64,000 nt of DNA, taken from the NCBI GenBank assembly GCA_964616825.1, contig CAZTSX010000002.1:79811-143810 (forward strand), in the 5' to 3' direction. The notes below the pieces were generated by a model. That model was given only the letters and a program-made list of their open reading frames with translations, did no database searches and was not told the DNA's origin. Shown in pieces: positions 45,663-54,350 of this stretch. Origin of the DNA: an uncultured Prolixibacteraceae bacterium (GTDB lineage: Bacteria; Bacteroidota; Bacteroidia; Bacteroidales; FEN-979). How positions within the stretch are numbered: position 1 is the stretch's first letter; each line of letters opens with the position of its first letter. A program made the translations under genes and the position numbers.

Positions 45663-46708
45663 AATATCATAACACCACTCTCCCCGGTCTCCCTGGCGAA
45701 GCCTCTGAACATCGCATTGGTATTAAATGGCATAGCGATGTTTCCATCCTGATCCACTGCGATCAATCCCCCATTTCCGCCCTGTGGCTTCAATTTCTCG
45801 AAAATGATGTAGTGGGCTGCATCTTTCACGCACATCCCCGAATATTCCATTAATGCCGACATATCATAAGCTACGGCATTCCGGATAAAATATTCGCCAT
45901 GTCCCGTCCCGGAAACAGCGCAGGTGGCATTGTTGGCATATGTTCCTGCTCCGATAATAGGAGTATCTCCGATTCTTCCTTTCATCTTCATCATCATCCC
46001 TCCCGTGGAGGTGCCAGCGGCCAGGTTCCCTTCCCGGTCAAGGGCAACAGCGCCTACTGTACCCTTGGTAGCTTCTTTCTTTAGCAACTTCTTTTTTGCC
46101 CGTTCAAATTGCCCGGTACGTCTTTGCGTTAGGAAGTAGGAAGGATCGACGATCTCCAGTCCGCTTTTTTCAGCTAAGAGTTCAGCCCCTTCCCCCATCA
46201 ACAGCACATGTTTGGTGTTAATCATCACCTCCCTGGCCGCACTGATTGGATTCCTGATGGTTTTAACTCCGGTTACCGCACCGGCCATCAGGCTCTTTCC
46301 ATCCATAATGGAAGCATCCAGTTCAGCAAACCCTTCGTCGTTATAAACGGCTCCTTTACCGGCGTTAAACAGAGGGCAATCTTCCATAAATACAATCACC
46401 GACTCCACTGCATCCAGACTGCTTCCACCTTGGTCAAGGATATCTGCTCCTACTTGCAATGCTTCGGCAAGTTTATCCTTATACTGCTTCTCCCTCTCTT
46501 CCGACATCGACCCTCTGGATACTCCGCCAGCCCCACCATGAATGACTAGTACCCAATTTCCGATCCTGGATTCTGGATCCTGGATTGTGGATGTTGAGTC
46601 ATTTTGACCAAAACCAGACAGGTTAATTAAAAACATTATCATCAGCAATAATCCACATCCAGCATCAAGCATCCAGCATCTAGCATCAAACATCTTGACT
46701 CTTTTCAT
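45659..46708 (-). CDS. isoaspartyl peptidase / L-asparaginase (Ntn hydrolase)
   Basis: VIHGGAGG, autoprocessing site GTVGAVALD (Thr nucleophile), GAGTYANN, GTGHGEYFIR. The start codon is uncertain because codons 6-20 are encoded by the array at 46651-46699. Confidence 0.85.
   Translation of the reverse strand: MKRVKMFDARCWMLDAGCGLLLMIMFLINLSGFGQNDSTSTIQDPESRIGNWVLVIHGGAGGVSRGSMSEEREKQYKDKLAEALQVGADILDQGGSSLDAVESVIVFMEDCPLFNAGKGAVYNDEGFAELDASIMDGKSLMAGAVTGVKTIRNPISAAREVMINTKHVLLMGEGAELLAEKSGLEIVDPSYFLTQRRTGQFERAKKKLLKKEATKGTVGAVALDREGNLAAGTSTGGMMMKMKGRIGDTPIIGAGTYANNATCAVSGTGHGEYFIRNAVAYDMSALMEYSGMCVKDAAHYIIFEKLKPQGGNGGLIAVDQDGNIAMPFNTNAMFRGFARETGESGVMIF
46651..46699 (+). repeat. heptamer array, CATCSRG family (7 units)
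   Basis: ATCCACA TCCAGCA TCAAGCA TCCAGCA TCTAGCA TCAAACA TCTTGAC. On the minus strand it reads as MFDARCWMLDAGCG at the N-terminus of the asparaginase ORF. Confidence 0.85.
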
Positions 46709-46712
46709 TGTC

Positions 46713-47495
46713 TTAATTTAATATGTTTTGAAAAATCTCTTTAAAATCAATAATGCCTGTGATCTTCAATATTACAAGGATCACGGAAGCAACGATCACC
46801 CAACGAATGAATTTCCCGCCCTTTTTAACAGCCATCATGCTGGCGATATAGGCGCCGAAGATACTCCCGATCGACAGGAGAATACCATACAGGTAATGAA
46901 CCTGGTCGCTCACAATGAATATCACCAGGGAAACCGCTGCCGAAAAGAGGACGATCAGGTTTTTCACGGCATTTGCTTTTACCAATTCAAACCCGACACC
47001 AAGCACAAGGGCCAAAAGCAGAAAATAACCAACTCCCACCTGCAGGAAACCGGCATACAAGCCAACAGCAAAAAAGAGTAAAATCTGCCACCACTGGATC
47101 TTCTTATCCAGCAATGTCGTATTCTCTTTCATCCATTGTGAAGGCTTTGCAAAGAGGAAAATAAGCATGCATGCCATGATGATCACCATCGCAATCTCAA
47201 GCACTTCTGCTTTGATCCCGGTAGCTACCCATGCACCCAAAATGGAGCCTGCAGTAGCAGGGATGATCAACCACCAGATCTTCCGGGTGGTATACAGCTG
47301 CTTTCTCCAGAATGTGACTACTGAAGAAGAAGTTTGAAAAAATATGCTCACCCGGTTTGTGCCGTTGGCAATGGTTGCCGGAAGTCCGAGGATCAGAAGC
47401 AGCGATAAGGAGATCACAGATCCTCCGCCCGCCAGCGTATTGATAAATCCGACCAGAATTCCCGCACCAATGATTATAATGTATTCAACCCACAT
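46713..47495 (-). CDS. TauE/SafE family sulfite/anion exporter
   Basis: 260 aa, 7-8 TM. Two-fold repeat with GGGSVISLSLLL and the family-typical layout. Confidence 0.8.
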   Translation of the reverse strand: MWVEYIIIIGAGILVGFINTLAGGGSVISLSLLLILGLPATIANGTNRVSIFFQTSSSVVTFWRKQLYTTRKIWWLIIPATAGSILGAWVATGIKAEVLEIAMVIIMACMLIFLFAKPSQWMKENTTLLDKKIQWWQILLFFAVGLYAGFLQVGVGYFLLLALVLGVGFELVKANAVKNLIVLFSAAVSLVIFIVSDQVHYLYGILLSIGSIFGAYIASMMAVKKGGKFIRWVIVASVILVILKITGIIDFKEIFQNILN

Positions 47496-47502
47496 TCAAA
47501 TT

Positions 47503-47510
47503 CAAAATTA
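47503..47510 (-). promoter_or_regulatory. candidate -7 promoter element (TAATTTTG on minus strand)
   Basis: CAAAATTA on the plus strand, 8 nt upstream of ATG 47495. Confidence 0.35.
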
Positions 47511-47515
47511 CAAAT

Positions 47516-47523
47516 TATCTTTG
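47516..47523 (+). promoter_or_regulatory. candidate -7 promoter element (TATCTTTG)
   Basis: Perfect TAnnTTTG, with ATG 47538 lying 15 nt after the final G. Sits back to back with the 47503-47510 motif. Confidence 0.35.
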
Positions 47524-47537
47524 CAAAAAAACCTACT

Positions 47538-48155
47538 ATGAAGATAGCCATATTCGGAGCCAGTGGACGAACCGGGATAATGACTGTTTATCAGGCTCTT
47601 GATAAAGGATATGAAGTCAATGCATTTGCCAGGAAAGCTTTCAATGTAACGATCCGGCATCCGAATATCAGGATTGTTGAAGGAGATATACTCGATTATC
47701 AAAAAGTGAAGGAGGCAGTTGAAGGTGTCGATGCTGTAATTATCACACTGGGGATGGATAAAAACAAGCCCCTCCGCACCTTCTCGGATGGTACCGCCAA
47801 CATCATTAAAGCGATGAAAGAATATGGCGTAAAGCGACTTATCTGTATGTCTTCAGCTGGTCTATTGGGCAAGGACACCCATCCGGTTTTCGGGAAAATC
47901 ATCATCCCGCTTTTTCTGAATCATATCTATGCAGATAAGAAAGAGCAGATGAAGATTATTATCGGGAGCGGATTGGAGTGGATCATCATCCGGCCTCCCC
48001 GGTTGACCCAGGCGCCCAAAACAGGGAAATACCAACTCACGGAAGGTCGCCCCGGAACCCGGTCTGTCCCACGTGCCGATGTAGCCGATTTCATGCTGAA
48101 GCTGGTAAAAGACAAATCTTACGACGGGAAGATACCTGCTATCGCCAGTTATTAA
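47538..48155 (+). CDS. NAD(P)H-binding protein, atypical SDR (NmrA/flavin-reductase-like)
   Basis: MKIAIFGASGRTG Rossmann start. 205 aa. Confidence 0.8.
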   Translation: MKIAIFGASGRTGIMTVYQALDKGYEVNAFARKAFNVTIRHPNIRIVEGDILDYQKVKEAVEGVDAVIITLGMDKNKPLRTFSDGTANIIKAMKEYGVKRLICMSSAGLLGKDTHPVFGKIIIPLFLNHIYADKKEQMKIIIGSGLEWIIIRPPRLTQAPKTGKYQLTEGRPGTRSVPRADVADFMLKLVKDKSYDGKIPAIASY

Positions 48156-48188
48156 GCTTATGTTCTTCCGAAACTGCATAAGTGTAGT

Positions 48189-48196
48189 TATCTTTG
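48189..48196 (+). promoter_or_regulatory. candidate -7 promoter element (TATCTTTG)
   Basis: Perfect TAnnTTTG 31 nt upstream of ATG 48227. It overlaps the TTG start at 48194 of the longer ORF. Confidence 0.35.
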
Positions 48197-48226
48197 TGTC
48201 ACTTATACTTAAATTTCTTACGACCT

Positions 48227-49423
48227 ATGCCTGAACTAAGTAACCATGTACATGATCTCGTCTCTCGTGATCTGGAAGAGATCCGAACCATTAGACGCCA
48301 TCTGCATCAGCACCCTGAGCTATCCAAAGAGGAGCACAAGACAGCCGATTATATTTGCCAACGACTGGACCAACTCAACATTCCATATCAAAGAGGTGTA
48401 GCAGGCAATGGAATTGTGGGGCTGATCGAAGGAAAGAATCCGGGCAAAAGATGCATCGCGCTGAGAGCAGATATGGATGCGTTGCCGGTGAAAGAGGAGA
48501 ATAAAACAGATTACGTTTCACAGGAACCAGGCAAAATGCATGCTTGCGGACACGATGTTCACATGACCTGCCTGCTTGGCGCAGCCCGGATTCTATCGGA
48601 GTTGAAAGAGCAATTTACAGGAACAGTGAAGCTGCTGTTCCAGCCCTCGGAGGAGACATATCCGGGAGGAGCTATCGGGATGATCGACGAAGGGGTTCTT
48701 GAGAACCCGGATGTACAGGTAGTAATCGGACAACATGTGACGCCAAACCTGGATGCAGGGAAAGCCGGCTTCAACCCGGGGCCCGATATGGCATCAACCG
48801 ATGAAATTTTTCTTACTGTAAAAGGGAAAGGCGGACATGCAGCAATACCCAACTTCGTCGTGGACCCGGTTGTGATCGCCGCACACATCATTCTGGCACT
48901 TCAGCAGATTGTTAGTCGCCACGCAGAACCTACGCTTCCTACCGTGATCTCGTTTGGACGAATTGTTGGCGAAGGGCGTACAAACATCATCCCGGATGAA
49001 GTGAAGATTGACGGGACTGTCAGAACATACGACGAAACCTGGAGAAAAGAGATCCACAGGAAAATTGAGACCATTGCTTCTTCGATTGCCGTAAGCATGG
49101 GTGGAAGTTGTGAGGTGAAAATCTCCAGCGGCTATCCTTACCTTCATAATGAAGAGCAACTGACCACCCAACTGCAACATCTTGCCGGAGAATATTTGGG
49201 AGAAGGGAACGTTGTTAACCTTGAAAGGCGTATGACTGCAGAAGACTTTGCCTATTTCGCCCAGCGGGTTCAATCCTGCCTTTACAGGCTGGGCATTCGC
49301 AATGAGGCCAAAGGCATCAATTCCGGTTTGCATTCATCTACGTTTGATATCGATGAAACTGCACTTGAGACTGGCACCGGGCTCATGGCCTGGTTCGCCA
49401 TCAACCTGCTAAACGAGAAGTAG
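48227..49423 (+). CDS. M20 family amidohydrolase (N-acyl-L-amino-acid amidohydrolase-like)
   Basis: IRRHLHQHPELSKEE, MHACGHDVH, LLFQPSEE. Paralogue of 24395..25543. Confidence 0.88.
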   Translation: MPELSNHVHDLVSRDLEEIRTIRRHLHQHPELSKEEHKTADYICQRLDQLNIPYQRGVAGNGIVGLIEGKNPGKRCIALRADMDALPVKEENKTDYVSQEPGKMHACGHDVHMTCLLGAARILSELKEQFTGTVKLLFQPSEETYPGGAIGMIDEGVLENPDVQVVIGQHVTPNLDAGKAGFNPGPDMASTDEIFLTVKGKGGHAAIPNFVVDPVVIAAHIILALQQIVSRHAEPTLPTVISFGRIVGEGRTNIIPDEVKIDGTVRTYDETWRKEIHRKIETIASSIAVSMGGSCEVKISSGYPYLHNEEQLTTQLQHLAGEYLGEGNVVNLERRMTAEDFAYFAQRVQSCLYRLGIRNEAKGINSGLHSSTFDIDETALETGTGLMAWFAINLLNEK

Positions 49424-49432
49424 CCTGTAAGC

Positions 49433-51331
49433 ATGAGACTCTATATTGCTTTTATTCTAATTCTTTTCACGTTTCACGTCTCACGTTTCACGTCTTACGG
49501 GCAAACTGAATCCACTACCCTCCCCAAACAACTTCCCTTTCAACAACAGGCACAAATCAAGCCTCCGGTAGATGAAGCCAGGCTTGCAATGAAATTCTAC
49601 CAGGCAAAAGATTTCGAGAAATCGGTAGAGCTCTATGAGAAACTATACAACAAGAAACCCTCCTCCTTTTACTATATGTATTACTTGCACAGTCTGATCG
49701 AGCTGAAGGAATATAAAAAAGCAGAGAAGCTGATCAAAGCCCGTAGAAAAAGTGATTCCCGAGCGGTGAAATACCTGGTTGACCTCGGCTATCTTCACTA
49801 CCGGGAGGGAAATGCAGAGAAAGCCAGAAAATTATATGATGAATCAGTGGATAATCTGGAAGCTGATCAACAGCAGATCTCCGGCCTGGCTAATGCTTTC
49901 ATCCTGAAAGGGGAGAACAGTTATGCCCTCAGGACATATCTGAAAGGCAGGGAGTTGTTACAAGGCGCCTATCCGTTCGGTTTTGAACTGGCCAATGTAT
50001 ACCAACGGATGGGCGATTTTCCCAATTTGTTCGAGGAGTACCTAAATTTGCTTGAAGTCAACGAGAGTTACCTGCGTACCGTTCAGGACCGACTTCAGAA
50101 TATCCTGATAAAAGATCCTGATAACTCCCGGAATGAACTTTTTCGTCAGGCATTGCTTACACGGGTACAGGGCTCGCCGGATCAACCCACCTATGCCGAC
50201 TTGCTCTGGTGGTACTCAATTCAACAAAAGGATTTCGAGTTGGCCCTGATCCAGTCGAAAGCCCTCGATCGTCGAAGACAGGAACAGGGCAGCCGGATCA
50301 TCCAGCTTGCGCAGCTGGCAGTATCCAACAGGCAATATGACATCGCACTCGATGCATATAAGTATCTGCAAGGGAAAGGGGAGGCGTATCCCTATTACGA
50401 CATCAGCAGGATTGAATGGGCAAATACCCGTTTCCTTCACATGACAACTAGTACCAATTCCGTTGAAAAGGATCTGACTGAATTGGAAAATGAGTTTTGG
50501 GAAGTACTTGAGTTCACCGGTGAGAACCGTCAATCTGTATCCCTGATGCAAAACCTGGCTCACCTGGAAGCTTTCTACCTTGGCCATCCGGATATCGCTA
50601 TCGATCTGCTCAACAGGGCTATAGCGTTGAAAGATATAGATCCGAAACAGCGGGCATACTGCAAGCTCGAGTTAGCAGATATTCTGCTTTTTTTTGGTGA
50701 TGTGTGGGAAGCTACATTGTTGTATCAGCAAGTGTATCAGAAGTACAAATACGATGTGTTGGGACAGACCGCAAAATTCAAAAACACCATGCTCTCATTC
50801 TATATTGGGGAGTTCAGCTGGGCAAAAGCTCAGGCTGATATACTCAAAGCAGCTACCGATAAATTGATTGCCAACGATGCCCTGGCCTTATCAATCCTGA
50901 TTGGTGAGAATTTCGATCCCGACTCCAATACGGTCGCTCTAACGATGTATGCAGAAGCTGATCTGTTGAGTTTCAAGCATGAAGACGAAGAGGCATTACA
51001 GTTGTTGGATTCAATACCCACGCTTTTTGGCTACCACCCTATCCTGGATGATATCTTGCTGAAAAAAGCAGAGATTTATGAAAAAAGTGGACGGTTTGAG
51101 GTGGCCGACAGCTTGCTGCAAAAAATTACGACAACATATCCGGAAGAGGTTCTGGCCGACAAAGCTCTTTTTTTTCGTTCGGTGTTGCAGGAAAACCGGC
51201 TGAATGATCCTGACAAAGCGATGGAACTCTACGGAAAATTGCTGGAAGATTATCCAGGCAGCATCTATGTAGTGGATGCCAGAAAAAGGTTTAGATATTT
51301 ACGGGGAGATACCATTCGCATTGAACCTTGA
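49433..51331 (+). CDS. tetratricopeptide-repeat protein (secreted)
   Basis: Multiple TPR-like helix pairs (AMKFYQAKDFEKSVELYEKLY, LGYLHYREGNAEKARKLYDESV, ...). The N-terminal hydrophobic segment partly coincides with the heptamer array at 49465-49499. Confidence 0.75.
   Translation: MRLYIAFILILFTFHVSRFTSYGQTESTTLPKQLPFQQQAQIKPPVDEARLAMKFYQAKDFEKSVELYEKLYNKKPSSFYYMYYLHSLIELKEYKKAEKLIKARRKSDSRAVKYLVDLGYLHYREGNAEKARKLYDESVDNLEADQQQISGLANAFILKGENSYALRTYLKGRELLQGAYPFGFELANVYQRMGDFPNLFEEYLNLLEVNESYLRTVQDRLQNILIKDPDNSRNELFRQALLTRVQGSPDQPTYADLLWWYSIQQKDFELALIQSKALDRRRQEQGSRIIQLAQLAVSNRQYDIALDAYKYLQGKGEAYPYYDISRIEWANTRFLHMTTSTNSVEKDLTELENEFWEVLEFTGENRQSVSLMQNLAHLEAFYLGHPDIAIDLLNRAIALKDIDPKQRAYCKLELADILLFFGDVWEATLLYQQVYQKYKYDVLGQTAKFKNTMLSFYIGEFSWAKAQADILKAATDKLIANDALALSILIGENFDPDSNTVALTMYAEADLLSFKHEDEEALQLLDSIPTLFGYHPILDDILLKKAEIYEKSGRFEVADSLLQKITTTYPEEVLADKALFFRSVLQENRLNDPDKAMELYGKLLEDYPGSIYVVDARKRFRYLRGDTIRIEP
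49465..49499 (+). repeat. heptamer array TTTCACG family (5 units)
   Basis: TTTCACG TTTCACG TCTCACG TTTCACG TCTTACG, translated as FHVSRFTSYG inside the putative signal peptide. Confidence 0.85.
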
Positions 51332-51342
51332 ACCCGCACCTT

Positions 51343-52226
51343 ATGACCTTATTCGCTAAGAAATCCCTTGGCCAACATTTCATGACAGATGAGAACATCG
51401 CCAGGAAAATCATCGGATACCTGAATCCGGAGATTCCATGTGTGTTGGAGATTGGTCCAGGCAAAGGAATATTGACAAAATACCTGCTTGAAAACCCTGC
51501 ATTCAATCCCCTCTTCATCGAGATCGACAAGAACGTAGCAGCTTATTTAAAACAAACTTATCCGACGATCAAGGACAAGCTAGTGGAGAAGGATTTTCTG
51601 CAACTTGACCTTTACAAATTGACAAAAACACAAAACCACAAGCCACAAGTTCAAAAAGACATCCAATCATCCAACATCCAACATCGAGCATCGAGCATCG
51701 AGCATCGAGCATCGAGCATCGAGCATCGAGCATCGAGCATCGAGTACCGAGAATCCAGCTCCTCGGAAACTTCCCTTACAACATCTCCTCACAGATCCTC
51801 TTCCGGGTGATTGAATACAAAGACAAGGTTGAAGAACTGGTCGGGATGTTTCAGCGCGAAGTAGCACAACGGATCGCCTCTCCACCCGGATCAAGAAAGT
51901 ATGGCATTCTGAGTGTCCTACTGCAGGCATATTACGATATTGAGTACCTGATGTCTGTTAGCGAAAAGGTATTTCAACCTCCCCCTAAGGTGAAATCAGC
52001 CGTGATCAGATTGAAGAGAAACGATGTTAAGGCGCTTGATTGCGACGAAGCTTTTTTCATCAAGGTGGTAAAAACCGCTTTCAACCAACGCCGGAAGATG
52101 CTTCGAAACTCCTTGCGCTCGGTGGCTGGGTCCGGATTCTCCGATTGGGATGATCCGGTCATGAGGAAGCGACCGGAGCAGCTTTCAGTGGATGAGTTTA
52201 CCCGGCTTACCCGCCTGATACAGTAG
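51343..52226 (+). pseudogene. rsmA: 16S rRNA (adenine1518/1519-N6)-dimethyltransferase RsmA/KsgA, reading frame broken inside a heptamer array
   Basis: N-terminal half in frame 1 (FAKKSLGQHFMTD, VLEIGPGKGILT, EIDKN, EKDFLQLDL) ends at TGA 51808-51810. C-terminal half in frame 3 (IQLLGNFPYNISSQILF, MFQREVAQRIASPPGSRKYGILSV, FQPPPKVKSAVIRLKRN, FNQRRKMLRNSL) is open from 51609 to 52226. Confidence 0.85.
51621..51758 (+). repeat. heptamer array inside rsmA (about 20 units, 9 perfect CATCGAG)
   Basis: ACAAAAA CACAAAA CCACAAG CCACAAG TTCAAAA ... CATCCAA x3, then CATCGAG x9 (51682-51744), TACCGAG, AATCCAG. Confidence 0.92.
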
Positions 52227-52270
52227 GGAACAGCAGAAAATTTCTAATTTTACACCTTAAACTTCCCGGA

Positions 52271-54301
52271 ATGATGGAAAAAGGCCCCCGGAAGAATAAA
52301 CTGGTCAGGAGTGGTAAAGAGATAGCCAGAGAGTTATTAACCCCTCCCAGCTCAAGAAAAGCAAATGGATATTTCATCCTCTTCTTTTTCGTTTGGGCAT
52401 TTATACTATATGGAAATACGATTTTGAATAAATACGGGGTAGACGACGAATTCGTGACCAACAACGAGACTGTCAGAAAGGGATTAGCTGCCATCCCCGA
52501 GATCTTTACCACCCATTATATCAATCAAACGGGAAACGTAGGTGATAACACGGCTGATTATCGCCCTGTCGTGAAATTGACCTATGCTCTTGAATACCAG
52601 ATATTCCAGGGAGAAAATCCAGGCAGAAGCCATGCGATAAATGTTCTGATCTACATCTTTATCTCCATTCTTCTCTTCTTTATCCTGAAGCGGATATTGA
52701 AGAATTACAACATCCTCTTCCTGTTTTTGATCACAGTCGTTTTTATGGCCCACCCGGTCCATACGGAAGTTGTTGCCAGCCTGAAAAACCGTGATGAAAT
52801 GCTGGCTTTTTTATGTGGGCTCGGAGCATTATCTCTCATACTCAGATATGCGGAGCGAAGAAAGTTGTGGTATGTTCTACTCGCCCTGCTTGTGTTTTTT
52901 ACCGGTTACCTCTCTAAAGCTTCGATCCTCCCGTTTGTGCTGATCTATCCTTTGGTCCTCTATTTTTTTACCGATCTCTCCCCGAAAAGATATATTCCCA
53001 TTTCCATTGCAATGGTCGCGGTAGCTATCATTGCACAAATCGGACCAGACCTCTTTCTTCCGGCAGGAGAGAGGCTGGCCAGCGCAATCGAAAACCCCCT
53101 CTATGCAGAAGATGGATTTCTTTACCGGGTTGGCACCGGACTACTTTCGCTTCTCTTTTACGTGAGGATTCTGATTTATCCCCACCCACTTCTTTTTTAC
53201 TATGGGAATGAGATGATTCCCCTGACTACACCCGGGAACATTTGGGCAATCATCTCCTTCGTGTTGTATACCGGATTGCTCCTGTATGCTATCTCCACAT
53301 TTAATAAGAAACATATACTCTCATTTGCCATCTTCTGGTATCTGATTTTCATAGCGATGTACTCTAACTTACTGATTCCTGTGATGGGAATTGTAGCAGA
53401 ACGTTTCGTTTTTGCTGCGTCACTCGGATTCTGCATCGCTCTGGTTTGGATTGTATTCAAGATATTCAGGACCGAGCCGAACAGCCTCACGATCGAATTT
53501 GATGCCCGGGCCAAGATTCTTGTTGTCGTGATTCTGATCCTGATCCCTTACGCTGCAGTTACAATCACCCGCAACCGGGAGTGGCGCAATCTGTTAGATC
53601 TCTACCGGAAAGATATCCCTTACCTTGAGAATTCTGCCAAAGCCAATACGCAATATGCCGGATACCTGATGCAAACAACTTTTCGGGATCCGAACTTCCT
53701 GAAGCATGGCAATGTAAACGAGTTCAAGTTGGATGTAATCAAGAAACATTTCCATAGGTCGCTGGAGATCTTTCCGGATAACTATCAAACAATGAATGAC
53801 CTGGGAACCGTCTACCTCTTTCTGGGGAAAGATCCGGATTCGGCTATCATTTACCTGAAGCGGGCAATTGCCCTGAATGATCATTTGGAACCAGCCTGGG
53901 TCAATCTCGGTATGGCCTTCCGTGAAATGAAGAGATACGATAGTGCGGCCTGGTGTTATTCGACCATTTTAAGAAGAAATCCTTCACACATCCGGGCATA
54001 TTTTGCGCTTGCCAATGTCTATAACGATATGGGGCATATCAACCGGGCTATCGATATGAATAATGAGGTGCTGAAAAGCAATCCCAACCTGGATATGCCA
54101 TTCATCAATATCGGCAACTACCTTTTGTTGACAGGAGATACAGCGATGGCGATCCTGAACTATGAAGAAGCGATCAAGCGTCGCCTGACATTCGAAGGAT
54201 GTATACACCTGAGTAATCTATACAAGGGCCTGGGAGATATGCAGAAGTCGGACTACTACCTGCAGCGCTCTTCTGAGGCGCTGAAGCGGAACCAGAGGTA
54301 A
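52271..54301 (+). CDS. polytopic GT-C-type glycosyltransferase-like membrane protein with C-terminal TPR domain (PMT/TMTC/ArnT-like)
   Basis: TM1 followed by the acidic loop motif YGVDDEFV, about 10 further TM helices, then C-terminal TPRs (NDLGTVYLFLGKDPDSAIIYLKRAIALND, AWVNLGMAFREMKRYDSAAWCYSTILRRNP, YFALANVYNDMGHINRAIDMNNEVLKSNP). Confidence 0.7.
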   Translation: MMEKGPRKNKLVRSGKEIARELLTPPSSRKANGYFILFFFVWAFILYGNTILNKYGVDDEFVTNNETVRKGLAAIPEIFTTHYINQTGNVGDNTADYRPVVKLTYALEYQIFQGENPGRSHAINVLIYIFISILLFFILKRILKNYNILFLFLITVVFMAHPVHTEVVASLKNRDEMLAFLCGLGALSLILRYAERRKLWYVLLALLVFFTGYLSKASILPFVLIYPLVLYFFTDLSPKRYIPISIAMVAVAIIAQIGPDLFLPAGERLASAIENPLYAEDGFLYRVGTGLLSLLFYVRILIYPHPLLFYYGNEMIPLTTPGNIWAIISFVLYTGLLLYAISTFNKKHILSFAIFWYLIFIAMYSNLLIPVMGIVAERFVFAASLGFCIALVWIVFKIFRTEPNSLTIEFDARAKILVVVILILIPYAAVTITRNREWRNLLDLYRKDIPYLENSAKANTQYAGYLMQTTFRDPNFLKHGNVNEFKLDVIKKHFHRSLEIFPDNYQTMNDLGTVYLFLGKDPDSAIIYLKRAIALNDHLEPAWVNLGMAFREMKRYDSAAWCYSTILRRNPSHIRAYFALANVYNDMGHINRAIDMNNEVLKSNPNLDMPFINIGNYLLLTGDTAMAILNYEEAIKRRLTFEGCIHLSNLYKGLGDMQKSDYYLQRSSEALKRNQR

Positions 54302-54324
54302 AAATCCGGGTGTCAGAAATTCGT

Positions 54325-54332
54325 TACTTTTG
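54325..54332 (+). promoter_or_regulatory. candidate -7 promoter element (TACTTTTG)
   Basis: Perfect TAnnTTTG 19 nt upstream of the ACP ATG 54351. Confidence 0.4.
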
Positions 54333-54350
54333 TGTAATAAAACTGCGAAA

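Noticed and set aside
51621-51758. Tandem arrays (here and at 10030, 20958, 32577, 45578, 46651, 49465, 57889) considered as possible CRISPR arrays.
   Set aside because: Units are 7-9 bp and directly abutting, with no unique spacers, and no cas genes are in the window. These are microsatellite-like arrays, not CRISPR.
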